A DNA stretch of 41,543 bases from Bdellovibrionales bacterium (GTDB lineage: Bacteria; Bdellovibrionota; Bdellovibrionia; Bdellovibrionales; JAGQZY01), in contig JANPLN010000016.1 of assembly GCA_031426555.1 (NCBI GenBank), positions 1 to 41,543 of the forward strand, written 5' to 3'. Position numbers and translations under genes: made by a program. Shown here one piece after another: positions 9,798 through 18,002 of this stretch. Position 1 is the first letter of the stretch. Each line of letters begins with the position of its first letter. Under the pieces are notes generated by a model. It saw only the letters and a program-made list of their open reading frames with translations, was not told the origin of the DNA and made no database searches.

Positions 9798-10010
9798 TTA
9801 ATGGAGCGAGTGGTCTTTTTCGCGCACTGTGAGCTGGCATTGTGAGCAATAGGCTGTCTCTTTGACGAAGGCATCTTTGTTATCGATTTCGTGAATCAAT
9901 GTAAGTGGTTCGGAGCACAGGGCGCATTGATTTATGGATTTGAGGAAAGCTCGAATTTGCTCCAAGCGAATCATAACTGTACTTTTGATGCTTTCCTTTA
10001 AATGCGACAT
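9798..10010 (-). CDS. Small hypothetical protein with two CxxC pairs (zinc-ribbon-like)
   Basis: CALC and CSQC motifs. The ATG at 10010 is preceded by a GGGGAG RBS, so it is preferred over the ORF-track start at 10025. Confidence 0.7.
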   Translation of the reverse strand: MSHLKESIKSTVMIRLEQIRAFLKSINQCALCSEPLTLIHEIDNKDAFVKETAYCSQCQLTVREKDHSLH

Positions 10011-10098
10011 ACATTCTCCCCACAAAGCTCGTTAACGTCAGTGGAAGAGTTCAATGCAAATACTGTTCACAGACTAAGGTGGGGAAAAATAAACGGAG

Positions 10099-10250
10099 AA
10101 AAAAAATAACCTCTCGGTGGGGGGCACCGAGAGTTTCAATTCAAGATTTGGGGGAAATCTTTTATTGGGGGGTCAAGATGAGGGGGTCATCTTGGTTACA
10201 GACGGCATTGGGGGTAACCGCTCCGTAACAACAAAAACAGTTGTAGTAGC
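10099..10250 (-). ncRNA. Putative small RNA of tandem hairpins with CCCCC loops ending in an intrinsic terminator
   Basis: Four hairpins (10111-10133, 10143-10161, 10174-10194, 10195-10229), each with a C5 run in the loop on the minus strand, plus an unpaired C6 run (10167-10172). The last hairpin is followed by U8 (10099-10106). The 5' end is approximate. Confidence 0.6.
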
Positions 10251-10436
10251 ACTCCTTAAAAATGAAAAATTATTCTTAAGAATAGGGCATGATTATTTTA
10301 ATTTATGACCCATTTTGGAACCTATTAGAATGATATGGCGCGGAAGCCCGCACTAGGTATGTAAGTGCCCAAAATTACTTGTTAAAATGAGGGTGTTCTT
10401 TTACTATAAGAGCAAATCACACCAAGGGAGTTCATT

Positions 10437-12890
10437 TTGGATCAACTCATATCACAATTCGGTTTCATGCTCGGTCACTATTTTTGGTTTTATTTGGGTT
10501 GCGCAGCTGCGGTGACTATCATTTTAGGCTATTGGCGCGCGCCACTCGTTCTATGGACGGTTTTTATCGGAACACTGCTGGTCGGCTGGAACGCACCACT
10601 CACAGCCTTCTGGATTTTTATTGCGGTGGCTTTAATTTTTAATGTTCCGTTTTTGCGAAGTGTTTTAATTTCGAGCGGAATTTTAAAAGTTTTTAAAGCC
10701 TTGGAACTTGTTCCGAAAATTTCGGATACCGAGCGCACGGCGCTCGAAGCAGGAGTCGTGTGGATTGAATCAGAATTATTTTCTGGCAAACCGAATTTCA
10801 AAAAAATTCTTCAAGAACCGTATCCCGAATTAACGGCGGTGGAAAAACAATTTATCGATGTGAAGATTGACGAACTCTGCGCTCTGGCCAGCGACTGGGA
10901 TCTCTGGCAAAATCGCGAGCTTTCGCCGCAGGCCTGGGATTTTGTAAAACGCGAAAAGATATTTGGTATGATCATTCCAAAAGAGTATGGGGGCCTTGGC
11001 TTTTCGGCGCTCGCGCACTCGGAAGTGGTTTCAAAAATATCGACGCGTTCTATTCCACTGGGTGTGTTGGTGATGGTGCCAAACTCTTTGGGTCCGGCAG
11101 AACTTTTATTACACTACGGAACTGACGCGCAAAAGAAAAAATATTTGCCGCGTTTGGCCTCAGGAGACGAGATTCCATGCTTTGCGCTGACTGAGCCCGG
11201 AGCTGGCAGTGATGCGGGCTCGTTGTCTGCCTCTGGAACAATTTTTAAAGGTCCCGATGGCAAATTGTATATCAAACTCAGTTGGAACAAGCGTTGGATC
11301 ACCTTGGCTGCGATTTCCACTTTACTGGGCGTGGCTTTCCGTTTGTATGACCCAGAAAATCTCCTCGGCAAAGGAGAGGATTTAGGAATCACCTGTGCAT
11401 TGATTCCTACAAAAACACCAGGTGTTGTAGTGGGTCAACGACACGATCCACTCGGTGTTCCCTTTCACAATTGTCCCACTCAGGGCGTAGATGTGGTCAT
11501 CGATCTTGAAGACTCTGTGGTTGGTGGAAAAGAAGGCTGTGGGCGCGGATGGACGATGTTGATGGATTGCTTAGCAGCCGGTCGCGGAATTTCTCTTCCA
11601 TCCCAAGGGGCGGGAGCAGGCAAGCTTGCGTCGCGAGTGGTATCGGCCCACGCCACCAACCGCAAACAGTTTGGCGTGTCGATTGGTAAACTTGAAGGTG
11701 TGGAAGAAGCAATTTCGAAAATTGTTGGTTACACTTACATCATGGAAGCGTGTCGCAAGTTTACAGCAGGCGCCATCGATAAAGGTCTTAAGCCACCGGT
11801 TGTTACCGCCATTGCAAAATATTTTAATACGGAGCTGATGCGCAAAGTTCTCAACGACTCCATGGATGTTCTGGGCGGTGCAGGAATTTCCCTTGGGCCC
11901 CGCAACACTTTGGGGCACGCATATATTGCGGCACCGATAGCAATCACAGTTGAGGGTGCAAACATTATGACTCGCACGTTGATTATTTTTGGTCAGGGCG
12001 CCTTACGGGCGCATCCTTACGCCTACAAGGAAGTGGCCGCCATCGAGAAAAATGATGTGACTGGTTTTGATCGCGCGTTTTGGGGCCACATCGGCCACAT
12101 CGTAAATAATTTATTTCGCTCGTTTGTTCTGAGTTGGACGCGGGGATTTTTGTCGGCGTCTCCAGGTGGACCGCTTCGCCGCTACTATCAAAAATTATCG
12201 TGGGCGTCGGCATCCTTTGCGATTTTGGCAGACATTGCCATGGGCACGTTGGGCGGGCGTTTAAAGATGAAAGGAAAAATCACGGGTCGTTTTGCTGATA
12301 TTCTCGGATGGATGTATCTTTCCGCGTCGGTGCTTCGTCGCTTTGAGCACGAAGGCAAAAAAGAAGATCTCCCGATCGTTCAGCACGCGCTGGATATGGC
12401 GTTGCTAGAAATTCAGAGAGGTTTTGAAGGCTTGTTCGCCAATCTCGAAGTGCCGGGTTTGACATGGTTCTTCCGTGGGCCCTTAAGCTGGTGGGCACGA
12501 CTCAATGCTTTTAAGTCCGCTGTGTCTGACTCCCGCACCCATCTCGTGGCGCAAATGATTCAAGAAGACAGTGAGCAGCGCGATCGCATGACAGAGGGGC
12601 TCTACATTCCAAGCAACGGTAATGAAGGTCTGGCGATCGTAGATCGTGCGTTTAAAGCGGTGAAGCAAGCTGAACAGATTGAGAAGAAAGTTCGTCAGGC
12701 CGTGCGCGATAAGCAATTGCCAAAAATTAAGAGCGATAAAATCTACGATGAGGCTCTCAGTAAAAACGTGATCACTCGCGCCGAGTACGATCAGCTTAAG
12801 AAAGCAGCAGAATTGCGCTGGAACGCCATTCAAGTGGATGACTTTTCACAGCAGGAATATTTGGATCGTCGAGGGGGATTGAACGTTTAA
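10437..12890 (+). CDS. fadE: Long-form acyl-CoA dehydrogenase FadE
   Basis: PKISDTERTALEAG, MIIPKEYGGLGFSA, VPNSLGPAELLLHYGT, CFALTEPGAGSDA, WNKRWITLA, GRGISLP, ITVEGANIMTR, C-terminal IQVDDF. TTG start with AAGGGAG RBS. Confidence 0.95.
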   Translation: MDQLISQFGFMLGHYFWFYLGCAAAVTIILGYWRAPLVLWTVFIGTLLVGWNAPLTAFWIFIAVALIFNVPFLRSVLISSGILKVFKALELVPKISDTERTALEAGVVWIESELFSGKPNFKKILQEPYPELTAVEKQFIDVKIDELCALASDWDLWQNRELSPQAWDFVKREKIFGMIIPKEYGGLGFSALAHSEVVSKISTRSIPLGVLVMVPNSLGPAELLLHYGTDAQKKKYLPRLASGDEIPCFALTEPGAGSDAGSLSASGTIFKGPDGKLYIKLSWNKRWITLAAISTLLGVAFRLYDPENLLGKGEDLGITCALIPTKTPGVVVGQRHDPLGVPFHNCPTQGVDVVIDLEDSVVGGKEGCGRGWTMLMDCLAAGRGISLPSQGAGAGKLASRVVSAHATNRKQFGVSIGKLEGVEEAISKIVGYTYIMEACRKFTAGAIDKGLKPPVVTAIAKYFNTELMRKVLNDSMDVLGGAGISLGPRNTLGHAYIAAPIAITVEGANIMTRTLIIFGQGALRAHPYAYKEVAAIEKNDVTGFDRAFWGHIGHIVNNLFRSFVLSWTRGFLSASPGGPLRRYYQKLSWASASFAILADIAMGTLGGRLKMKGKITGRFADILGWMYLSASVLRRFEHEGKKEDLPIVQHALDMALLEIQRGFEGLFANLEVPGLTWFFRGPLSWWARLNAFKSAVSDSRTHLVAQMIQEDSEQRDRMTEGLYIPSNGNEGLAIVDRAFKAVKQAEQIEKKVRQAVRDKQLPKIKSDKIYDEALSKNVITRAEYDQLKKAAELRWNAIQVDDFSQQEYLDRRGGLNV

Positions 12891-13012
12891 CGAAACGTTC
12901 GATTGACTTACGCTGCAAGATGACTAAAAAATTAAGTTTGAAAAAAGACAAACGATAACTACAATATGGCCAGCACAGAATATGACCAGTTGAGCATAAG
13001 GAGAAACAACAC

Positions 13013-13732
13013 ATGAAAGCATTAAACGTTATATATATGGCCCTTTTGGGTTTAGCACTCGTGAACTGTCAGGGTGGCACAGCTAGCCCAAAATCAGAAG
13101 ATGACAAAAAGATTTACGCTGTTGCCTACGAAACAGGTAAAAAGCTACAAATCTTTCAATTAACAGATCCAGAGATGAAAGTTTTTAGAAAAGGGCTTCA
13201 AGACGGCCTTAAAGATGCAAAAGAAGAAGTAGACATCAAAGCTCAACTTCCAGGTCTTTCTGAGCTGATCCAAAAACGTTCTGCTCAATTTGCTGAAAAA
13301 GAAAAGAAAGAGTCTGTAGCTTTCCTTGATAAAGAAGCTAAAGAAACAGGTTCTACAAAAACAGAATCAGGAATGATCTACCGCGAAGTGGCTGCAGGTA
13401 CAGGCGCTGCGCCAGTTGCGACTGACAAAGTGAAAGTTCACTACCACGGAACACTTCGTGATGGAACTGTGTTTGACAGCTCTAAAGATCGTGGAACTCC
13501 AGCGACATTCCCTTTAAACGGTGTGATTCCTTGCTGGACAGAAGGCGTTCAAAAAATGAAAGTTGGCGGCAAAGCCATTCTTGTATGCCCATCTGAAATC
13601 GCCTACAAAGATCGCGGCGCTCCTCCAGTGATCAAGCCTGGTGCAGCTCTTAAGTTTGAAGTTGAACTTTTAGAAGTTGTAAAAGAAGAAGCTAAAGCGA
13701 CAACACCTGGCAAGCCAACTATCAAGAAGTAA
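13013..13732 (+). CDS. FKBP-type peptidyl-prolyl isomerase (FkpA/Mip-like), lipoprotein
   Basis: VKVHYHGTLRDGTVFDSS, VIPCWTEG, MKVGGK, LKFEVELL; lipobox LVNC; AAGGAG RBS. Confidence 0.95.
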   Translation: MKALNVIYMALLGLALVNCQGGTASPKSEDDKKIYAVAYETGKKLQIFQLTDPEMKVFRKGLQDGLKDAKEEVDIKAQLPGLSELIQKRSAQFAEKEKKESVAFLDKEAKETGSTKTESGMIYREVAAGTGAAPVATDKVKVHYHGTLRDGTVFDSSKDRGTPATFPLNGVIPCWTEGVQKMKVGGKAILVCPSEIAYKDRGAPPVIKPGAALKFEVELLEVVKEEAKATTPGKPTIKK

Positions 13733-13778
13733 TTAGCTCCTTGGTTTTTGTGAACGGCCATTCTTCGATGGCCGAAGT

Positions 13779-13807
13779 TAAAAAAGCTCCGAAAGGGGCT
13801 TTTTTTG
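13779..13807 (+). terminator. Rho-independent terminator after the FKBP gene
   Basis: AAAAAAGCTCC-GAAA-GGGGCTTTTTTTT; preceded by a second hairpin, CGGCCAT...ATGGCCG (about 13755-13774). Confidence 0.85.
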
Positions 13808-13896
13808 TTTTATCAGTTGTTAGATTTTCGTTTGGAACGCTGTTCGTTGTTTTCCTTTGCCTTAAATTATGCGAAATAAATCCAACCTATGGGCCA

Positions 13897-14139
13897 ATGG
13901 AAAGTACCGGTTTAATGGATCATTTAAGTTTATACATCAAAGAAAAACTAGGCGGGCTCCAAATGCCCGTGGAATTTGCCCAAGTCATCAGCGACCTAGG
14001 ATTTGATCTGATCGATGGAACCCAGCTGGATTCTGATGAACTCATTTGGAAGATCGCCCGCGACTTCTGGAAATCCGCCCCCACAAATTTCGAAGAACAA
14101 GTCAGCACCGAATTCCATAAAATCACCGAACAACTCTAG
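13897..14139 (+). CDS. Small hypothetical protein (about 74-80 aa)
   Basis: Protein-like acidic helical sequence from ATG 13897 (or 13915). The ORF-track extension to 13741 runs through the terminator and is unlikely. Confidence 0.55.
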   Translation: MESTGLMDHLSLYIKEKLGGLQMPVEFAQVISDLGFDLIDGTQLDSDELIWKIARDFWKSAPTNFEEQVSTEFHKITEQL

Positions 14140-14197
14140 CTTAGCAAAGTAGAGTTGGAGTCCTTTTTAGGCAAATTAACCGCGGAAAAAAATTAAT

Positions 14198-14315
14198 TTT
14201 TTTTGCTTTAAATCCTTTTATAAAAATATGTTTCAAAAACGAGTTCCGCAGCGAAGCGAGGACTGTCCGAAGTCTTTTGAGACATATTTTTATAAAAGGA
14301 TTTAAAGCAAAAAAA
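14198..14315. repeat. 41-bp inverted repeat (1 mismatch) flanking a 36-nt spacer containing GCGAAGC; REP/MITE-like element
   Basis: Arms at 14198-14238 and 14275-14315; lies between convergent genes. Confidence 0.8.
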
Positions 14316-14325
14316 CGCGTTAGTT

Positions 14326-14601
14326 TTATTCAGGATAGCGGATGTGCAGCACCTCAGACGTTGGCTTCGCACAGCACGTGAGGATTTCCCCGTCGTCGAT
14401 TTCGTCTTCGGTAAGAGCTTCGGCGCCCTCCATTTCGGCTGAGCCTTCGAGAACTTTGGCCTGACAGGAATTGCAGGTTCCAGACATGCATGCGTAGGGT
14501 GCGTCGATGTTATTGCGAAGAGCGGTGTCGAGAATGGTTTCTCCGTCTTCGGCTTCCAGTTCGTGTTTTTCGCCGTAAAGCTCATATGTAATTGTCGCCA
14601 T
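14326..14601 (-). CDS. 2Fe-2S ferredoxin
   Basis: ETILDTA, PYACMSGTCNSC...ILTCCAKPTS (C-x4-C-x2-C...C); GAGG RBS. Confidence 0.95.
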   Translation of the reverse strand: MATITYELYGEKHELEAEDGETILDTALRNNIDAPYACMSGTCNSCQAKVLEGSAEMEGAEALTEDEIDDGEILTCCAKPTSEVLHIRYPE

Positions 14602-14650
14602 AAATACCTCGTTTTTTGGTTATAATGGAATTTACGGGGCTTGAAAAGCT

Positions 14651-15040
14651 TTAGCTGAAGATGACATCGTAGGCGTAGAGATCACGAGGATATTCATACC
14701 AAGCCACGGGCTTGGCGTTTTCGAAGCGCCACACGTGAACGGTACGCATTTGCACTGTTTTGCCATCGCGTACTAAGGTTTGGCTGGCTAAGGCCACCGC
14801 ATGGCGGTCGGAGGCTAAAATATCATGAACCTCTAATTTTAAGGTATGACCGGTCATTTCCATCATAGGAGCGATGTAGCCTTGTTCGAAAGTTTCTTTG
14901 GTAAATTTTCCGGCGAGTTTGCTTTTGCCGGCAACTTGAAAAGTCATTTCGTCGGCGCAGACAGCCATGACGGAAGTTAAATCGTTCTTGGAAAAATCAG
15001 AATAGATTTTGTTTAAAATAGTGGCATTGGGATGATTCAT
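14651..15040 (-). CDS. SnoaL-like / NTF2-like family protein
   Basis: MNHPNATILNKIYSDF..., HVWRFENAKPVAWYEY pattern. The ATG at 15040 has an AAGGAG RBS (the ORF-track start at 15106 is less likely). Confidence 0.85.
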   Translation of the reverse strand: MNHPNATILNKIYSDFSKNDLTSVMAVCADEMTFQVAGKSKLAGKFTKETFEQGYIAPMMEMTGHTLKLEVHDILASDRHAVALASQTLVRDGKTVQMRTVHVWRFENAKPVAWYEYPRDLYAYDVIFS

Positions 15041-15057
15041 AACGGCTCCTTCGAAGG

Positions 15058-15086
15058 GATTAACGGGTTTTCTTAACCCGTTAATC
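15058..15086. promoter_or_regulatory. Perfect 12-bp inverted repeat (operator or terminator hairpin)
   Basis: GATTAACGGGTT-TTCTT-AACCCGTTAATC, between the 15121 gene and the SnoaL gene RBS. Confidence 0.5.
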
Positions 15087-15120
15087 GATACAAAGCGAGC
15101 GAACACTTGGCGTCAAAAAT

Positions 15121-15504
15121 CTATTCTTTTGTAAGGACAGCGTTGTCGTTTTCGTCAAACGGCGAATAACCTTTGATTTTCGTTTTAGAAAGCACTTCGA
15201 AGACCACTTCGTAGCCATAAACTTCGAGAAAGTACTGTCCGTTGTCGTTGCAGATTTTAATATCTGTGGGGCCATACTCACTGCCATCTGCTGTCACCAC
15301 GCCGCGAATTTTTAAGTCGGTGTTTAGATAAAGCTTAGCCGAAATATGTTTCGCATCCCAAGTCCCAGTCCATGTCCCAAAAAGATTCACTTTTTTTGTG
15401 ATCTCTTTAATGTTGGGTAACTCGGCCTTTGTCGCTGCGCAGATGGGCGCGGCCTGAGCCTTAAAAAACGTCAATAAAATCAATACTACAATCCCTGTTC
15501 TCAC
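15121..15504 (-). CDS. Secreted hypothetical beta-rich protein
   Basis: GTG at 15504 with a GGAGG RBS; signal peptide ending in AQA; GTWTGTW strand; two Cys. Confidence 0.75.
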   Translation of the reverse strand: MRTGIVVLILLTFFKAQAAPICAATKAELPNIKEITKKVNLFGTWTGTWDAKHISAKLYLNTDLKIRGVVTADGSEYGPTDIKICNDNGQYFLEVYGYEVVFEVLSKTKIKGYSPFDENDNAVLTKE

Positions 15505-15550
15505 TAAACACCTCCATGGTTTAGTTAAATGGTACAATTCATTAAAGAAA

Positions 15551-15580
15551 TGTCAATTCCCATGACAATCAAGTGACAAT
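15551..15580 (+). promoter_or_regulatory. Direct repeats TGTCAAT/TGACAAT/TGACAAT (12- and 11-bp spacing); candidate OmpR/PhoB-family binding site
   Basis: Copies at 15551-15557, 15563-15569 and 15574-15580, just upstream of hemA. Confidence 0.55.
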
Positions 15581-15612
15581 TCTCATCTCTCTTTCATGTA
15601 CAAATAAAGAAG

Positions 15613-16482
15613 ATGTTCAGCGAGTTTTATATCCTTCATAAAAAGAATTCTGCCGGTGTCGAAGTGCTGCCGAGCCAAGTGCAATGCACGTTTAAAACCT
15701 GCCTGCGGTTGATGGGCTTTGTTTGGTTGAGTGAAGGTGAGACTTTATATTCTGCAAAAGGTTTCGAAGTTTTTCGAGGTGTTGAGGCGTATCAGTTTTT
15801 GCTGGAAGTGATTTCAGGTTTGCACTCACCCGTGGTTGGCGAAACCGAGGTCTTTGGACAGTTTAAGACGTTTTTGCAAAACACTGATGTGGACCATCCT
15901 TTGGCCACAATTTTAGCTTACGCCATTGTCGATACAAAGAAAATTCGCGCCCAACATTTGCGCGATCTTGGCGGTCAGTCCTACGGGAGCTTGGTGCGCA
16001 AGAAAATTTCGCGGCCTGCAGAGGTCCACGTGATCGGTGCGGGCTCCTTTGCAGCGGAACTTTTACCGTGGATGTATAAAGATGAAAACCAAGTCAAGGT
16101 GCACGCACGGAGTGCCGAAAAGGCCGAGGCCGAACTCAAGGCGAGCTATCCAAAGATTCAGTGCGTGGCGCTGCATTCACAGCAGATTACGTCGGGAATC
16201 GTCGTCGTCGCAGCTCCTCTATCCTCCGTCGACATTGAACGTTTAGTGGAAAATAAAAATTTGACGGTGATCGACCTGCGCGGGGAGAGCCGCGAAGACG
16301 CTTGCCGTGGGTTTAAGAATTACTTCACGCTGGCGCAGTTTTTTGCGACCATCGAAAAAAATCAACAAAATTTGGATCAAGTCAAAAGTGCTGCCCTTAG
16401 CGCCATTCAACAGCTTAGTAAAAACAGAATGCTGGTCGAAAACTTTCGACCTTTTGGGTGGGACGACATATGCGTCTGGTGA
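15613..16482 (+). CDS. hemA: Glutamyl-tRNA reductase, short form
   Basis: TCLR (catalytic Cys; usually TCNR), SGLHSPVVGETEVFGQFK, NADPH-binding VIGAG; first gene of the haem cluster. Confidence 0.8.
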   Translation: MFSEFYILHKKNSAGVEVLPSQVQCTFKTCLRLMGFVWLSEGETLYSAKGFEVFRGVEAYQFLLEVISGLHSPVVGETEVFGQFKTFLQNTDVDHPLATILAYAIVDTKKIRAQHLRDLGGQSYGSLVRKKISRPAEVHVIGAGSFAAELLPWMYKDENQVKVHARSAEKAEAELKASYPKIQCVALHSQQITSGIVVVAAPLSSVDIERLVENKNLTVIDLRGESREDACRGFKNYFTLAQFFATIEKNQQNLDQVKSAALSAIQQLSKNRMLVENFRPFGWDDICVW

Positions 16483-17975
16483 TCGCTTCGCGAAAAAGTG
16501 ATCTGGCTCGTATACAATCTCTGCAAGTAGGCAAAGCGTTACAAAAACGGCATCCCGACCTCACAGTGGAGTACCACTGGCGTGAATCCTTGGGTGACGT
16601 AAACCTGAGCGATCCGCTTTGGAAAATGCCCGAAAAGGGTGTTTTCACAGAGGACTTTCGCAAAGGGTTGCTGAGCGGCGAATTTGATGTGGTTGTGCAC
16701 TCGTGGAAAGATCTACCCACAGAAAGTCGCCACGATACAGTCATTGGCGCCACCTTGCCGCGCGAAGATGTGCGCGATCTGTTGCTGTTTAAAAAAAAAG
16801 ACCTCGGAAAAAAAAAGATAACTCTCCTGAGTTCCTCTCCGCGGAGGATTTTTAATTTACAAAAAAATCTTCCCTCCTTGCTTCCGGCGGGCGTGCTGTC
16901 ACTGGATTTCAAAACAGTGCGCGGAAACGTGCAGACTCGCGTGCGAAAAATGCTCGAAGACCAGGAAGTTTCAGGCTTAATCGTAGCTAAAGCCGCATTG
17001 GATCGTTTGCTTTCAGATCAACTTGAGGCGGAATTTCAAGAGACGAAATTATTTCTTCGCAAGGCTCTCGAGGACGTTCTATGGATGGTATTGCCGGTGA
17101 GTCTAAATCCCACAGCGGCGGCGCAAGGAGCTCTAGCTATTGAGATTCGCAAGGATCGAACGGATCTTCAGGAATTGCTTTCGACCATTAATTGCTCGGA
17201 GACCTACGAGACGGTGCAAAAAGAGCGCGCGCTACTGGCCGGATGGGGCGGAGGGTGCCACCAAAAAATTGGTGTGACAGTTTTGCAAAGACCTTATGGC
17301 GAAATCAACTGCGCGCAGGGTTTGCACGACGCAGGTACGGCCATTGATCTTTGGGAGTTAACTCAAGCCACACCCGTAAAGTTTTCGAACACTTCTTATT
17401 TTCCAGAGACAACACAAGAAGCCCTGTGGTTTGATCGTCAATTTATCACACCGACCGGTGATTTTAAAAAATATAACGCCCACTGGGTGAGCAAGGCCGA
17501 AGCCTTACCAAAGGATATCAAAATATCTCCGGAACATATTTTATGGACCAGCGGTGTGCGCACCTGGCAGCGCTTGGCAGCGCGAGGCTTGTGGGTGCAT
17601 GGTTCCAATGAGTCCCTCGGCGAGCGAGAAGATCTGCGTTTAGAAACGCTGGATGCAAAACCACGACATTGGTGCAAGTGGACCCACGAAGGCGGAGAAG
17701 CCAGTGAAGATATGGATTTGATCAAAACCTACATTTTGCAAAGCAAAGCGCAAAAGCCCCAGCTTTCGGAAAACACCGAGCACTTTTTTTGGATGAGTGG
17801 GAGTTCATTTCGCGAAGCTGTGAAACACTATCCGTGGCTCGCCGATAAAACCCATTGGAGTGGGCCAGGTTTAACGTCTGAGGCGGTCGCTCGCGAGATA
17901 GCGGCTCTTAAAGGTTCTGGAGCGGTCCATATTGCTTTGAACTTCGAAAAGTGGCAAAAATTATGGCAAGTTTAA
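16470..17975 (+). CDS. hemC: Hydroxymethylbilane synthase with a C-terminal uroporphyrinogen III synthase (HemD)-like extension
   Basis: IASRKSDLARIQ, KGVFT, VHSWKDLPT, SSPRR, RGNVQTRVRK, AAAQGALAIE, GGGCH (cofactor Cys); about 200 extra C-terminal aa. Start placed at ATG 16470. Confidence 0.92.
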   Translation: MRLVIASRKSDLARIQSLQVGKALQKRHPDLTVEYHWRESLGDVNLSDPLWKMPEKGVFTEDFRKGLLSGEFDVVVHSWKDLPTESRHDTVIGATLPREDVRDLLLFKKKDLGKKKITLLSSSPRRIFNLQKNLPSLLPAGVLSLDFKTVRGNVQTRVRKMLEDQEVSGLIVAKAALDRLLSDQLEAEFQETKLFLRKALEDVLWMVLPVSLNPTAAAQGALAIEIRKDRTDLQELLSTINCSETYETVQKERALLAGWGGGCHQKIGVTVLQRPYGEINCAQGLHDAGTAIDLWELTQATPVKFSNTSYFPETTQEALWFDRQFITPTGDFKKYNAHWVSKAEALPKDIKISPEHILWTSGVRTWQRLAARGLWVHGSNESLGEREDLRLETLDAKPRHWCKWTHEGGEASEDMDLIKTYILQSKAQKPQLSENTEHFFWMSGSSFREAVKHYPWLADKTHWSGPGLTSEAVAREIAALKGSGAVHIALNFEKWQKLWQV

Positions 17976-18002
17976 AATTGTTTTTTTATGGAGAGTCTTT
18001 TT

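Noticed and set aside
10079..10214. G-quadruplex as the main function of the G-runs
   Set aside because: Cannot be excluded, but most G-runs are enclosed by complementary stems and are widely spaced, which favours hairpin loops.
10099..10230. CsrB/RsmY-type RNA or CRISPR array
   Set aside because: Three of the four loops lack a GGA motif, the terminator points to the C-rich strand, stems are not identical repeats, and there are no spacers or cas genes.
10117..10308. 63-aa plus-strand ORF over the hairpin array
   Set aside because: No convincing RBS, and its Gly-Gly pairs are simply the G-run loops. The RNA-structure explanation fits better.
13741..13896. N-terminal extension of the 13897 ORF
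   Set aside because: It crosses the FKBP terminator and has no RBS.
14208..14585. 125-aa minus-strand ORF
   Set aside because: Out-of-frame shadow of the ferredoxin, running into the inverted repeat.
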